DNA of 64,000 nucleotides from positions 5,270,001-5,334,000 of the forward strand of contig NC_043023.1 of the NCBI RefSeq assembly GCF_006345805.1, given 5' to 3'. The position numbers and the translations under genes were made by a program. The notes beneath the pieces are model-generated. The model was not told where the DNA came from and did not search any database. It saw only the letters and a list, made by a program, of their open reading frames with translations. Positions within the stretch are counted from its first letter, which is position 1. The number at the start of each line of letters is the position of its first letter. The stretch comes from Octopus sinensis (Eukaryota). Below are positions 1-12,180 of the stretch, piece by piece.

Positions 1-1701
1 TGAACTCAGAACCTAAAGACAAACGAAATACTGCTAAGCATTTTGCCCGGCGTGCTAACGTTTCTGCCAGCTATATTATTAACAGAGCAGATTTACACAG
101 TGTACAAAAGACACAGAAAACTATATATATATATATATATATATGTGTGGGTGTCTTTGTGTCTGTGTTTGTCTCCTAACACTGCTTGACAACTGGTGTT
201 GGTTTGTTTACATCCCTAGAGCTTTCAGAAAAAGAGACTGATAAAATAAATATGAGGCTTTAAAAAATAAATCTGGGGGCTCTGAATTATGTAATAATGT
301 TAGCAGATGCAGTTTGCAAAAATTCAAGAATCTGCGACCGGTGGCAGATGCATATAAACATTAGGTAAATCTGGCCTCTGATTTCAGGGTAGAAAATCTT
401 TTACACATAGTCACAGGTGTGGCTGTGTATTAAGAAGCTTGCTTCCTAACCACATGGTTCTGGGTTCAGTCCCACTGTGTGGAACCTTGGACAAGTGTCT
501 TCTACTATGGTCTTGGGCCAATTGGGCCTTATGAGTGGATTTGGTAGACAGAAATTGAAAGAAGACCGTCATGTCATCAGCATCAACATTGTTTAACGTC
601 TGCCTTCTATGCTGGTATGGGTCGGGTGATTAGACAGGAGCTGGCCAGGTAGAAAACTACACCAGGCTACTGTGTCTGTTTTGGCAGGGTTTTTATGGCT
701 GGATGCCCTTCCTAACACCAATCACTCTGCAGAGTCAACTGAGTGCTTCTTGCATGGCACCAGCACAAGTGAAGTCAGTTTTGGCATGGTTGTTACAGTT
801 GGATATTTATGCATACGTACTTACATGTGTGTCTGTGTCCCCCAACCTTCTGACAACCAATATCAGTGTGTTTTATATCTCTGTTACTTAGCAGTTCAGC
901 AAAAGTGACCGATAGAATAAGTACTAGGCTTACAAAGAATAAATCCTGGGTTTGGTTTCTTGAACTAAAACCCTTTAAGTTGGAGCTCCAGCATGGCTTA
1001 AGTCTAATGATTGAAACAAGTAACAGAATAACAGAATAACAAACATCAGCAAAAGTTCTTGAATGGCTTTCATGTTGTTTGATATCATTCACAGCAATGA
1101 ATCTCAAATATTTCCAATAGCATTTATAATGTGAATTTCCCACTGAACTCATTTAGCATTCATAGCATCTTGTATTACACGATCAACAGTGATCTTGATA
1201 TAATTAACGTTGAACACAGCAATTACCCTGTTGCAAAAATTATCTTCGTAAGACACAGGGATTGGCTGTGTGGTAAAAGAGTTTGCTTCCCAACCACATG
1301 GCTCTGGGTCCAGTCCCACTGCATGGTATCTTGGGCAAGTGTCTACTATAGCCTTGAGCTGATTAAAGCCTCATGAGCAGATTTATTAGATGGCAACTGA
1401 AAGGAGCTCGTTTATATATATATATATATATATAATATATATATATATGTAAACATAATAAAATAAGGTAATAATAGATTATTATTACCAGTGGCCTAGC
1501 ACAAAAAACGAATTAGTCATTAGACTATATATTATTCACATAGAAATACAATAAGAGGCTTCCAAATAGGAAAGCGTTGTGCTAGAAAGAGCAGTAGAAA
1601 TCTCAAGACCACAAAAAAAAAGTGAATTTATTCTTTTTTATGTGGTCTTGAGATTTCTACTGCTCTTTCTAGCACAACGCTTTTCTATTTGGAAGCCTCT
1701 T

Positions 1702-1742
<41 letters not shown>

Positions 1743-1994
1743 TTGTGTGTGTGTGTGTGTATACTATATATATGTAGGTGGGTGTCTTTGTGTCTGTGTT
1801 TGTCTCCTAACACTGCTTGACAACTGGTGTTGGTTTGTTTACATCCCTATAGCTTTCAGAAAAAGAGACTGATAAAATAAATATGAGGCTTTAAAAAATA
1901 AATCCTGTGGTTGATTCATTCAACTATAAATTCTTCAAGGTGGTGCCCCAGCATGGCTGCAGTCTAAAGACTAGAACAAATAAGAGGTAAAAGA

Positions 1995-2600
1995 TACATG
2001 TACATTTCTATGACCAATGTGTGACCCTCTCCAGACAAGGCACAATGGTCAGGTGTTAACAGATGATGGATACAATGTAAGCATTCACTACCCCCACTTG
2101 ACCCTTCAGGGATTTTTGCTTCTTAGCCAGTTTTTAGGTGAGATCAGCCACCCAGCTTGTCACCTTTTCCCAGTTCTTATTTCTTTATTGCCCACAAGGG
2201 GCTAAACACAGAGGGGACAAATGGATTAAGTCGATTACATTGACCCCAGTGCGTAACTGGTACTTAATTTATCGCATCCGAAAGGATGAAAGGCAAAGTC
2301 GACCTCGGCGGAATTTGAACTCACAACGTAACGGCAGACGAAATACCACTAAGCATTTTGCCTGGCGTGCTAATGTTTCTGCCAGCTCGCCACCTTATTT
2401 TTTCATTTTTTTTTTTTTGCCGGATAGGTGCCCTCACTTTGGACAACTAGAAATACCTTTGGACACCTTTTCCCAGTTCTTGTCTACGTAGAAGTCTGGC
2501 CCAAACCAAGCCCCAAGAATTTAACTAGTATGTTTGTCCAGTGCCCCATGACACTATTGGACAGCACAGACCTACCTCACCAGATGCCAAACTGCAGGCC
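1995..2600 (-). mobile_element. Tx1/L1-like LINE RT fragment, split by a SINE insertion
   Basis: KFLG.WFGPDFYVDKNWEKV...SLKGQVGVVNAYIVSII..LTIVPC across the insertion. Confidence 0.65.
2179..2463 (-). mobile_element. tRNA-derived SINE (family B) plus ~65 nt of extra 5' sequence, with an 18-bp TSD
   Basis: caccttttcccagttctt at 2161-2178 and 2464-2481. SINE head ggtggcgagctggcagaaac. Confidence 0.85.
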
Positions 2601-3039
2601 AAGTCACTTATAGCAGGAGCACAACCAAGAGAGTTATTGAAGAGCAACAAAGCTTTAAAACTGAGGTTATTTTACACAATATTTTATTCCATTTTGGGGT
2701 TGAAATAAATCTTGAAAATGGGACTTCATCACTCAGGCTTTTTTCTGTCAGCATCAGATATCTGACAGCACTTTCTGATTTTATTCCCTAGGTGAGCTAC
2801 AAATTTGTGTATGGTTGATTAGCATTTGCTTTATCTTGATATCACCATCATCACTTAACATTTATTTTCCATGTTGGCATGGGTTGGATTGTTTGACAGG
2901 CCCTGGAGAGCTGCAGGGCTGTGCTACACACCAGTATCTGCTTTAGCATGGTTTCTATGGCTTGGATACCCTTCTTAATACCAATGTATACTGGGTGCTT
3001 TTTACATGTCACTAGCATTAGTGAGGTTGCCAAGTAATT

Positions 3040-3700
3040 TGCATCATCATCATCATCATCATTTAGAGTCTGCTTTTCATGCTGGCATATGTTGGGCAGT
3101 TGGACTGAAAACTAGTAAGCTGGGGAGCTGCACCAGGTTCCAATCTGATTTGGCAGTGTTTCTACAGCTGGATGCCCTTCCTAATGCCAACTACTCCGTG
3201 AGTGTAGTGGGTGCTTTTTACATGTCACTGGCATGGGTGCCAGCTGGCATCAGCCATAATCATGATCTCACTTGGTTTGACAGGTCTTCTCAAGCACAGT
3301 ATATCACCAAAGGTCTTGGTCACTTGTCACTACCTCTGTGAAGCCCACCTTTCAAAGGGTGCTTTTTATGGGCCAGTTATGCGACCGGCATTGGCCATGA
3401 CTGCGATTTCACTTGGCTTGATGGGTCTTCTCAAACGTGGGACATCACCCAACGTCTGAAGGGTGCTTTTTATGTGCCATTTACACAACACTGGCATCAG
3501 CCATGACTATGATTTCACTTGGCCTGAAAGATCTTCTCGAGCAAGGCATATTGCCAAAAGTCTCAGTCGCTAGTCATTGCTTCCATGAGCCCCAACATTT
3601 GAAGATCATGCTTCACCACCTCATCCCATGTCTTCCTTAATCTACCACTGCCATGGTTAGAAATCAACACTTCTTTACACAGCTGTCCTTGTCCATACGA
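3040..3700 (-). mobile_element. RTE-type LINE 3' fragment (similar 3' ends at ~575-790, 2870-3030, 14455-14880, 15745-15925, 19700-19860, 23040-23340)
   Basis: GRLRKTWDEVVKHDLQMLGLMEAMTSD C-terminus. Shared ggatgcccttcctaacgccaacc 3' UTR and (gat)n tail. Confidence 0.8.
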
Positions 3701-4230
3701 ATCACATGACCCTAACAGTGCAATCATCTCTTTTGCATACCACATCTGAAGCCTCTTATGCCCAGCTTTTTCCTCAAGACACTCACACTCTGTTGTGCAT
3801 GCAGACTGACATTGCACTTCCAGTGAAGCATATTAACTTCAGGGATAAAAATAGTGATTCTGTCTTTTGGTACTTTATAGTCAGAAACAGTTTGTTCTTC
3901 TTTAGCAAGGAAAATTTTTGTGGGTTCATGCTTCCAAAATAAGCAGCATCATAAATTGTGAAAATCTGCCTCTTACAGTTTTCTTCTATAAGCCTTTAAA
4001 ATTCTATTCTAAATTTTTCTGTAGCTTTCAAAGGTACAGGAATTGCTGTGTTATTAACTCTAAAAATGTATTGTATAAGCTTTTAACAGTGAAATAAAAA
4101 AAAATTAATAAAGCCAAAAATTGTAAATTTGCTTTATACATTGCAAGTTAATGACTTCCTTGTGCCTGATGAGATCTCATTTTATGTTAATAATCATTAC
4201 TAGTCTTATCATGTATAATATAGTACTATA

Positions 4231-4640
4231 GGCGTAGGAGTGGCTGTGTGGTAAGTAGCTTGCTTACCAACCACATGGTTCCGAGTTCAGTCCCACTACG
4301 TGGCACCTTGGGCAAGTGTCTTCTACTATAGCCTCGAGCCGACCAAAGCCTTGTGAGTGGATTTGGTAGAGGGAAACTGAAAGAAGCCCATCGTATATAT
4401 GTATATATATATATGTGTGTGTGCGTGTTTGTGTGTCTGTGTTTGTCCCCCCAACATCGTTTGACAACCGATGCTGGTGTGCTTACGTCCCCGTAACTTG
4501 GCGGTTCGGCAAAAAAGAGACTGATAAAATAAGCACTTGGCTTACAAAGAATAAGTCCTGGGGTCGATTTGATCGACTAAAGGCGGTGCTCCAGCATGGC
4601 CACAGTCACATGACTGAAACAAGTAAAAGAGTCAAAGAGA
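4231..4640 (+). mobile_element. Full-length abundant tRNA-derived SINE (family A) with internal (TA)n/(TG)n tract
   Basis: A-box-like tggctgtgtggta, B-box-like ggttcagtccc, 3' tail ...aatgactgaaacaagtaaaagag. About 20 full or partial copies occur on both strands in the window. Confidence 0.9.
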
Positions 4641-5412
4641 GAGTATAGGTAAAATTTAGTATGCTAATTATATTACTTCACTGCTCCCTAAAACTTAACA
4701 CCCCTTGGGAGCAGTACTGCCCACATTGAGAACCTCTAAGTAAACCCTTCAAGGCAGTACCCCAGCATGGCCACAGTTGTATGACTGAAACAAGTAAAAG
4801 GCATGTCTTTAATCCATGTCAATAATAAGTGTTCTATTTCAATTATCATCTCATTTCAATTTCTAGTTTATTAAATTGCTGTTGAAGATGAAACCATTGT
4901 AGTGGGAATATTCAGTTATCACCTGATGTCACAATTTGCTAGAATATTACCCATGTGATCGACAAAATCTGACCAATCATAATTTTGCATGGAAGAGGCT
5001 CCAGTGACTATTTCAGCTTTTCACATGCTTTTTCCGAGCCTCTCAATTAGTATAAAATCAACACAATGCAACTACCAGACAAAGCTTTGGGATGTAGCAG
5101 AGAGAGCATGAAATATGACAGATGGACAGCGAACAGATGCGGACAGTGGCTGAACCAAGCTGACATCAACATAATGAACTAACAGCAACACAGCAATTAA
5201 CAGTTAACTTTTTGAATACTATTACAGTTATACCAAGAATAATAACATCCAGACTCTCTTGTGTATGAAAAGAATAGAAGTTTGTTTATCTTTTATCTTT
5301 TACTTGTTTCAATCATTAGACTGTGGCCATGCTGGGGCACTGCCTTGAAGAATTTTTAGTCACATGAATCTACCCCAGTAGATATATTTTAAAGCCTGGT
5401 ACTTATTCTATC

Positions 5413-5645
5413 AAGGTGGAGAGTTGGCAGAAATGTTAGCATGTCGCGTGAAATGCTTGGCGGTATTTCGTCTGCCGTTACGTTGTGAGTTCAAATTCTG
5501 CTGAGGTCAACTTTACCTTTCATCCTTTCGGAGTCGATAAATTAAGTACCAGTTACGCACTGGGGTCGATGTAATCGACTTAATACCTATGTCTGTCCTT
5601 GTTTGTCCCTTCTATGTTTAGCCCCTTGTGGGTAATAAAGAAATA
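5413..5645 (+). mobile_element. SINE family B inserted into a minus-strand family A copy
   Basis: TSD ggtacttatt(c/t)tatc at 5398-5412 and 5646-5660. Confidence 0.85.
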
Positions 5646-6489
5646 GGTACTTATTTTATCAACTTCTTTGCTGAACAGCTAAGTTACAGGTATGTAAACA
5701 CACTAACACTGGTTATTAAGCAATGATGGGGGAAAAAACACGCACACAAATAAATGATAGGCTTCTTATAGTTTCCATCTACCAAATCCACTCACAAGGC
5801 TTTGGTTGGCCTGAGGCTATTGTAGAAGACACCTGCCTAAGGTGCCACACAGTGAGACTGAACCTGGAACCATGTGGTTGGGAAGCAAGCTTCTTACCAC
5901 ATACCACACCTGTGTCAAAAATCTCAACAATTTTCGCCATCTTCTATATACAGCTCTTGACCTCTGACACTAGAAACAGCAGCTCCAGCACTAGACATAA
6001 TACACCATCTTTCCTTTTTTGTCTTATAATCTTCTGCTTGCTTCAAAATGGTGTGTATAGTCGTTTCATTCAATCCAAATGAGAAGGCAATCTCTGATGA
6101 CCCACTACTGTTATTAGAACTTTTAAATATTCTAAATTTCTTCTTTGAAGTAGAAGCTATCCACTTTTTGTTAATGCAATTATTCTTACTTAGATTTTTT
6201 TTTGCTCTTATCCATTACTAATGGGAGAAAATATTCTAAATACAAAGGAAACTTAAGCAATGTAATGAGGGGAAAAAGAAAGAAGAAGAAACTGAAGTAA
6301 TGAGTGCTTCCACCGCTGGCCACCAGCTGCTACCATGGCAACAGAATACACTTGCTATGAGATTAAAAAAATTTCTTTTTACGTAGGACTGAGTTGTATG
6401 AAATTTATCTGATGTTAAATATAAACAGATTAGAATTAGTAAACTAAGTAAACAAAATAAAACCTGTTAAGTAAATCAACTTGTTGGGT

Positions 6490-7065
6490 TCCTATGAGAG
6501 AAAAACTGGGTGTACGAAGCATCAGATATAGTGTGCAACAGAGAAGGCTGTACAGGTATGGCCATGTAATGTGCATGAATGAGGACAGTTGCATCAAGAG
6601 CTGCCAAGTTCTAACTGTAGAGGGAACATGTGAAAGGGGTAGACCCAGGAAAATGTGGGACGAAGTGGTGTGAAAGGATCTATAAATATTGTGATTCACA
6701 GAGGGGATGGCAGGGGACCATGTGAAAGCATGGTTGCCCAAGGCTCATCCTTTGCAATCCTCTCCAGGTGAGCCTCCCTAATCTTGTGGGTTCAGAAGTA
6801 CTGGTGCCTTGTAAAAAGCACCCATACCTATTTCTTTATTATCCACAAGGGGCTAAACATAGAGGGAAAGCACCCGTACCGGTGCTGCGTAGAGGTACCC
6901 AGTGCACTCTGTAAAGTGGTTGGCATTAGGAAGGGAATCTAGTCATAGAAACTATGCCACGGCAAACATAGAGTCTGAACAACCCTTCAGCAGATCAGCT
7001 GCTGCTAATCCGTCCAACCCATGCCAGCATAGAAAATGGATGTTAAATCATGATGATGATGAGCC
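6490..7065 (+). mobile_element. RTE LINE 3' end carrying a 38-nt SINE-B stub
   Basis: RRLYRYGHVM..DSCIK.C..LTVEGTCERGRPRKMWDEVV and a (gat)n tail. Confidence 0.8.
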
Positions 7066-7402
7066 AACGATTCTAGTCAACGCACAAGACAGCTATTATG
7101 TTCCCACACACAAAACAACACCACGTGGACTCTGTTGAGACTAGTAAGAAATAATTATGAACTTTTCTTTTATTACACTTAACTTTTAAAAATATATATT
7201 TTTGATAAGGTTCGTTTTTTCAAGAAGAACTGAAACATGTAAAATCTCTCAGAAAATTAAAATTTATCTTATATAGTGGCATTTTCAAACTACTTTTTAT
7301 ATATATACATACATACATACATATATATATATATACATACATATATATATATATACATACATACATATATATATATACATACATACATATATATATATAT
7401 AT

Positions 7403-9984
7403 TTAATCAATATAGGGTGGCAAAAAAAAAAAATTTTGTAGAATTTTTTTGCCACCAGCGGCCTAGTGGGAAAAAATTAAATAGTCATAGACCATTTTTA
7501 AGTTCAACATCAACAATCAAGGAACGGCCATAATAGGCCATTCACCCACTAGAAATAACAGCCAAAGCTTCAACCGCAAATAAAAATTAATTCCGTAAAC
7601 CAGGAGAAAATTTAAAAGACATTTACCCTGTAATTTCTTATACGATGCACCGTTTCATCTGCTGTTTAATGGTAAACTAACCTGATTAAATTAAATCAAG
7701 CCAATCTTCCATAGGCCCTCAGATTCTTCAGTAAGAAATAGCCAAGTCGGAACAGATATTTTCACGAGGCATTTCCGACCCTGCCAAGTAATATCTGACC
7801 TAAAAATTTCAAATCGTCGCACTCGCGCCAAATTTATCGGCAGCAAATAAATATAAGCCGTCGATTCCATTACGGAATAACCAGAAAATTCATAATTAAT
7901 CATATAGGGTGGCAAAAAAAAATTTTGTAGAATTTTTTTGCCACCAGCGGCCTAGTGGGAAAAAATTAAATAGTCATAGACCATTTTTAAGTTCAACATC
8001 AACAATCAAGGAACGGCCATAATAGGCCATTCACCCACTAGAAATAACAGCCAAAGCTTCAACCGCAAATAAAAATTAATTCCGTAAACCAGGAGAAAAT
8101 TTAAAAAACATTTACCCTGCAATTTCTTATACGATGCACCGTTTCATCTGCTGTTTTATGGTAAACTAACCTGATTAAATTAAATCAAGCCAATCTTCCA
8201 TAGGCCCTCAGATCTTCAGTAAGAAATAGCCCAAGTCGGAACAGATATTTTCACGAGGCATTCCGACCCTGCCAAGGTAATATCTGACCTAAAATTTTCA
8301 AATCGTCGCACTCGCGCCAAATTTATCGGCAGCAAATAAATATAAGCCGTCGATTCCATTACGGAATTAACCAGAAAATTCATAATTAATCAATATAGGG
8401 TGGTTTACGGAATTAATTTTTATTTGCGGTTGAAGCTTTGGCTGTTATTTCTAGTGGGTGAATGGCCTATTATGGCCGTTCTTGATTGTTGATGTGAACT
8501 TAAAAATGGTCTATGACTATTTAATTTTTTCCCACTAGGCCGCTGGTGGCAAAAAAATTCTACAAAATTTTTTTTTTTTTTTTGCCACCCTATATTGATT
8601 AATTATGAATTTTCTGGTTAATTCCGTAATGGAATCGACGGCTTATATTTATTTGCTGCCGATAAATTTGGCGCGAGTGCGACGATTTGAAAATTTTAGG
8701 TCAGATATTCCCTGGCAGGGTCGGAAATGCCTCGTGAAAATATCTGTTCCGACTTGGGCTATTTCTTACTGAAGAATCTGAGGGCCTATGGAAGATTGGC
8801 TTGATTTAATTTAATCAGGTTAGTTTACCATTAAACAGCAGATGAAACGGTGCATCGTATAAGAATTACAGGGTAAATGTTTTTTAAATTTTCTCCTGGT
8901 TTACGGAATTAATTTTTATTTGCGGTTGAAGCTTTGGCCTGTTATTTCTAGTGGGTGAATGGCCTATTATGGCCGTTCCTTGATTGTTGATGTTGAACTT
9001 AAAATGGTCTATGACTATTTAATTTTTTCCCACTAGGCCGCTGGTGGCAAAAAAATTCTACAAAATTTTTTTTTTTTTTTTGCCACCCTATATTGATTAA
9101 TTATGAATTTTCTGGTTAATTCCGTAATGGAATCGACGGCTTATATTTATTTGCTGCCGATAAATTTGGCGCGAGTGCGACGATTTGAAAATTTTAGGTC
9201 AGATATTACCTTGGCAGGGTCGGAAATGCCTCGTGAAAATATCTGTTCCGACTTGGGCTATTTCTTACTGAAGAATCTGAGGGCCTATGGAAGATTGGCT
9301 TGATTTAATTTAATCAGGTTAGTTTACCATTAAACAGCAGATGAAACGGTGCATCGTATAAGAAATTACAGGGTAAATGTCTTTTAAATTTTCTCCTGGT
9401 TTACGGAATTAATTTTTATTTGCGGTTGAAGCTTTGGCTGTTATTTCTAGTGGGTGAATGGCCTATTATGGCCGTTCCTTGATTGTTGATGTTGAACTTA
9501 AAAATGGTCTATGACTATTTAATTTTTTCCCACTAGGCCGCTGGTGGCAAAAAAATTCTACAAAATTTTTTTTTTTTTTTGCCACCCTATATTGATTAAT
9601 TATGAATTTTCTGGTTAATTCCGTAATGGAATCGACGGCTTATATTTATTTGCTGCCGATAAATTTGGCGCGAGTGCGACGATTTGAAAATTTTAGGTCA
9701 GATATTACCTTGGCAGGGTCGGAAATGCCTCGTGAAAATATCTGTTCCGACTTGGACTATTTCTTACTGAAGAATCTGAGGGCCTATGGAAGATTGGCTT
9801 GATTTAATTTAATCAGGTTAGTTTACCATTAAACAGCAGATGAAACGGTGCATCGTATAAGAATTACAGGGTAAATGTTTTTTAATTTTCTCCTGGTTTA
9901 CGGAATTAATTTTTATTTGCGTTGAAGCTTTGGCTGTTATTTCTAGTGGGTGAATGGCCTATTATGGCCGTTCCTTGATTGTTG

Positions 9985-9986
<2 letters not shown>
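7403..9986. repeat. Inverted tandem array of a ~499-bp unit (2 copies one way, ~3.2 the other) embedded in (TA)n
   Basis: Identical ORFs start at 9103 and 9602 (period 499). Orientation switches at 8401-8403. Confidence 0.95.
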
Positions 9987-10021
<35 letters not shown>

Positions 10022-10092
10022 ATATATATATACATACATATATATATATCATCATCATCATCGTTAACGTCCGTTTTCGTGTTAGCACAGGT

Positions 10093-10149
<57 letters not shown>

Positions 10150-10565
10150 TATATATATATGATCTAATTATTAAGGTATAGGAAGAAAGTCAGCTTTAAG
10201 TAACCCATTGTAAATATAAAAAAACAACTTTCAGGAACAATAACAGTTTATTGAGGCAGAAGGTTGTGGATTTTTTTATATCAAAGTATGATAAGCTGAA
10301 AAAAATTGTTTTATATTTCACAGTAGGGAATCAGGGTTGCCAGGTATGCAAATAAGAATATAAGAGTTAAGGAATGGAGTAGATAAGATCTGGGCTACAT
10401 GTATTTCATAGTGAGCGGAACCTTGAAAGTGGTAAATATCAAAGTGAGGTGTCACCTTGCTTGGATATTTACCACTTCTGAATTTCTGCTCAGTATGAAA
10501 CATATGAAGCCCAGATCTTATCTACTCCATTCCTTAACTCTTGCATGTGTGTGTGTGTATATATA

Positions 10566-11515
10566 CAGATGTTGGACAAAATAATGGTAACACCTAGCAT
10601 CATAAATTTGAAAAGCTTGCTTATTTTTATGTTTTTTGATTTATTATTAGTGTTGCTTAATATGTTTTGCTAAAATTGCTGTTTCTTTTCAGATATCATC
10701 AAAAAAAAGTTAATTAAAATTCATTAAAATGACAGATCTATTGGACTTTCAAAGAGGTCAAATTGTTGGTGCTCGTATGGCAGGTGCTAGCATAATGAAA
10801 ACAGCTGAAATGTTTGGTGTATCAAGAAGTACTGTCTTGAAAGTAATAACAACCTTAGAGAAAGAGAGAAAAACCTCCTCATCAAAACAAAACTCTGGAA
10901 GAAGACCAAAACTTTCAGATAGGGATCTTCGGACTCTTACGCAAATTGTTAGAAAAGATCACAAAAGTACAGCTCCCAAAATTACTGCAGAGCTTAATGA
11001 CTACCTTGAGAACCCAGTTTCCACAAAAACTGTTCGCTGGGAGTAGCACAAAGCCAGATTTCACGGGAGGGCTGCAATCAGAAAACCACTACTTTAAAAA
11101 ACAAACATTGCAAAGCATTTAGAGTGGAGTAAAAACCTACAGAATTGGTCCCTAGAGCAGTGAAAAAATGTTATTTTCTTGGATGAGTCATCCTTTACCT
11201 TGTTTCCAACCACTGGCTGAGTATACATGTGGAGACAGCCAAAAAAGGCATTTGACCCAGACTGCCTTATTCCAACTGTTAAACATGGAGGAGGATCTGT
11301 GATGATCTAGGGGACTACATCTTGGAAATCTGCCGACCCAATGGTTTCCCTTCATAGCAGAATAGTCAAAGCTATTTAAGCATTTTATCTGATTAAATTC
11401 ATCCTATGGTTGCAAAACTGTTTCCAGAGGGAAATGCAATCTTTCAGGATGATAATGCACCAATTCACACAGCTAAAGTTGTTACTGAATTGCACGAGGA
11501 ACATTCAGGTGAAGC
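10566..11515 (+). mobile_element. Tc1-like transposon, decayed and 3'-truncated
   Basis: TA + cagatgttggacaaaataatgg terminus. ORF MTDLLDFQRGQIVGARMAGAS... is followed by stops. VIFLDESSFTLF, TVKHGGGSVMI and QDDNAP-like motifs are present. Confidence 0.9.
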
Positions 11516-11689
11516 TCACTGACTTAACCAATTAACTAACAACAAAGAAAAGGAGTGGAATTGAACCAAAGTGTTTTAATTATATTGGTATAATGACTCT
11601 CCCTAACCACTAAACCATTCACCTTCACACAGTTAAACATAACAACCAAATATCCCTTAAATCAAAATTTACCAACTTAAATCAGTAGT

Positions 11690-12180
11690 GTAAGGTCATG
11701 AGCTTGATTTTCAGTGGCATGTTGTGTCTCTTGAACAATTTACTCTATTTCATGTTGCCTCAGTCTACTCAGCTGGCAGGAATGAGTTGTCACATTCTAT
11801 ATCATGCTGAATCTCACTGAGAACTACATTAAGGGTATGTATATCTGTGGAATACTCAGCCACTTGCATGCTGATTTCATGAGCAGGCTGTTTGGTTGAT
11901 CAGATCTACTGGAAACCTTGTCGTTATAACTAGATGGAGTGCCAATTTTTGTGCGTCCTTGAGCAAGATACTTTATTTCATGTTGCCCCAGTCCACTCAG
12001 CTGGCAAAAATTAGTTGTACCTGTATTTCAAAGGGCCAGCCTTGTCACATTCTGGGTCATGCTGAATCTCCTTGAGAACTACATTAAGGGTACACATGTC
12101 TGTGGAGTACTCAACTACTTGCATCATTAATTTCACTGACTGGGACAATTGGAACCCTTGCCATTGTAACTGGTGGATTG
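11690..12180 (+). mobile_element. Two adjacent partial copies of a third tRNA-SINE family (full copy at ~18285-18600)
   Basis: Shared gtgtccttgagcaagacactttatttc...cagtccactcagctgg core. Confidence 0.75.

Larger units (their letters stand above)
1040..6200 (-). mobile_element. Decayed Tigger/pogo transposase in four colinear fragments (~5920-6200, ~3820-4050, ~2600-2830, ~1040-1245)
   Basis: Minus-strand translations: EIAFSFGLNETTIHTILKQ (HTH), WKHEPTKIFLAKEEQTVSDYKVPKDRIT, KA*V...FKALLLFNN and GVIAVFNVNYIK. Many stops and frameshifts. Confidence 0.7.

Noticed and set aside
9103-9802. 66-aa ORF repeated in each array unit
   Set aside because: No recognisable domain, and the frame is broken by indels in other copies.
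7403-9986. CRISPR-like array or rDNA/snRNA tandem cluster
   Set aside because: The whole unit repeats with no unique spacers, there is no recognisable rRNA or snRNA sequence, and the context is eukaryotic.
10200-10300. Candidate MEI1 exon 4 after a ttttttcag acceptor
   Set aside because: The required phase-0 frame hits TGA after four codons, and similarity in another frame is marginal.
10729-11046. Intact Tc1 transposase gene
   Set aside because: Stops follow codon 105, there are further stops and frameshifts, and the 3' end and right TIR are missing.
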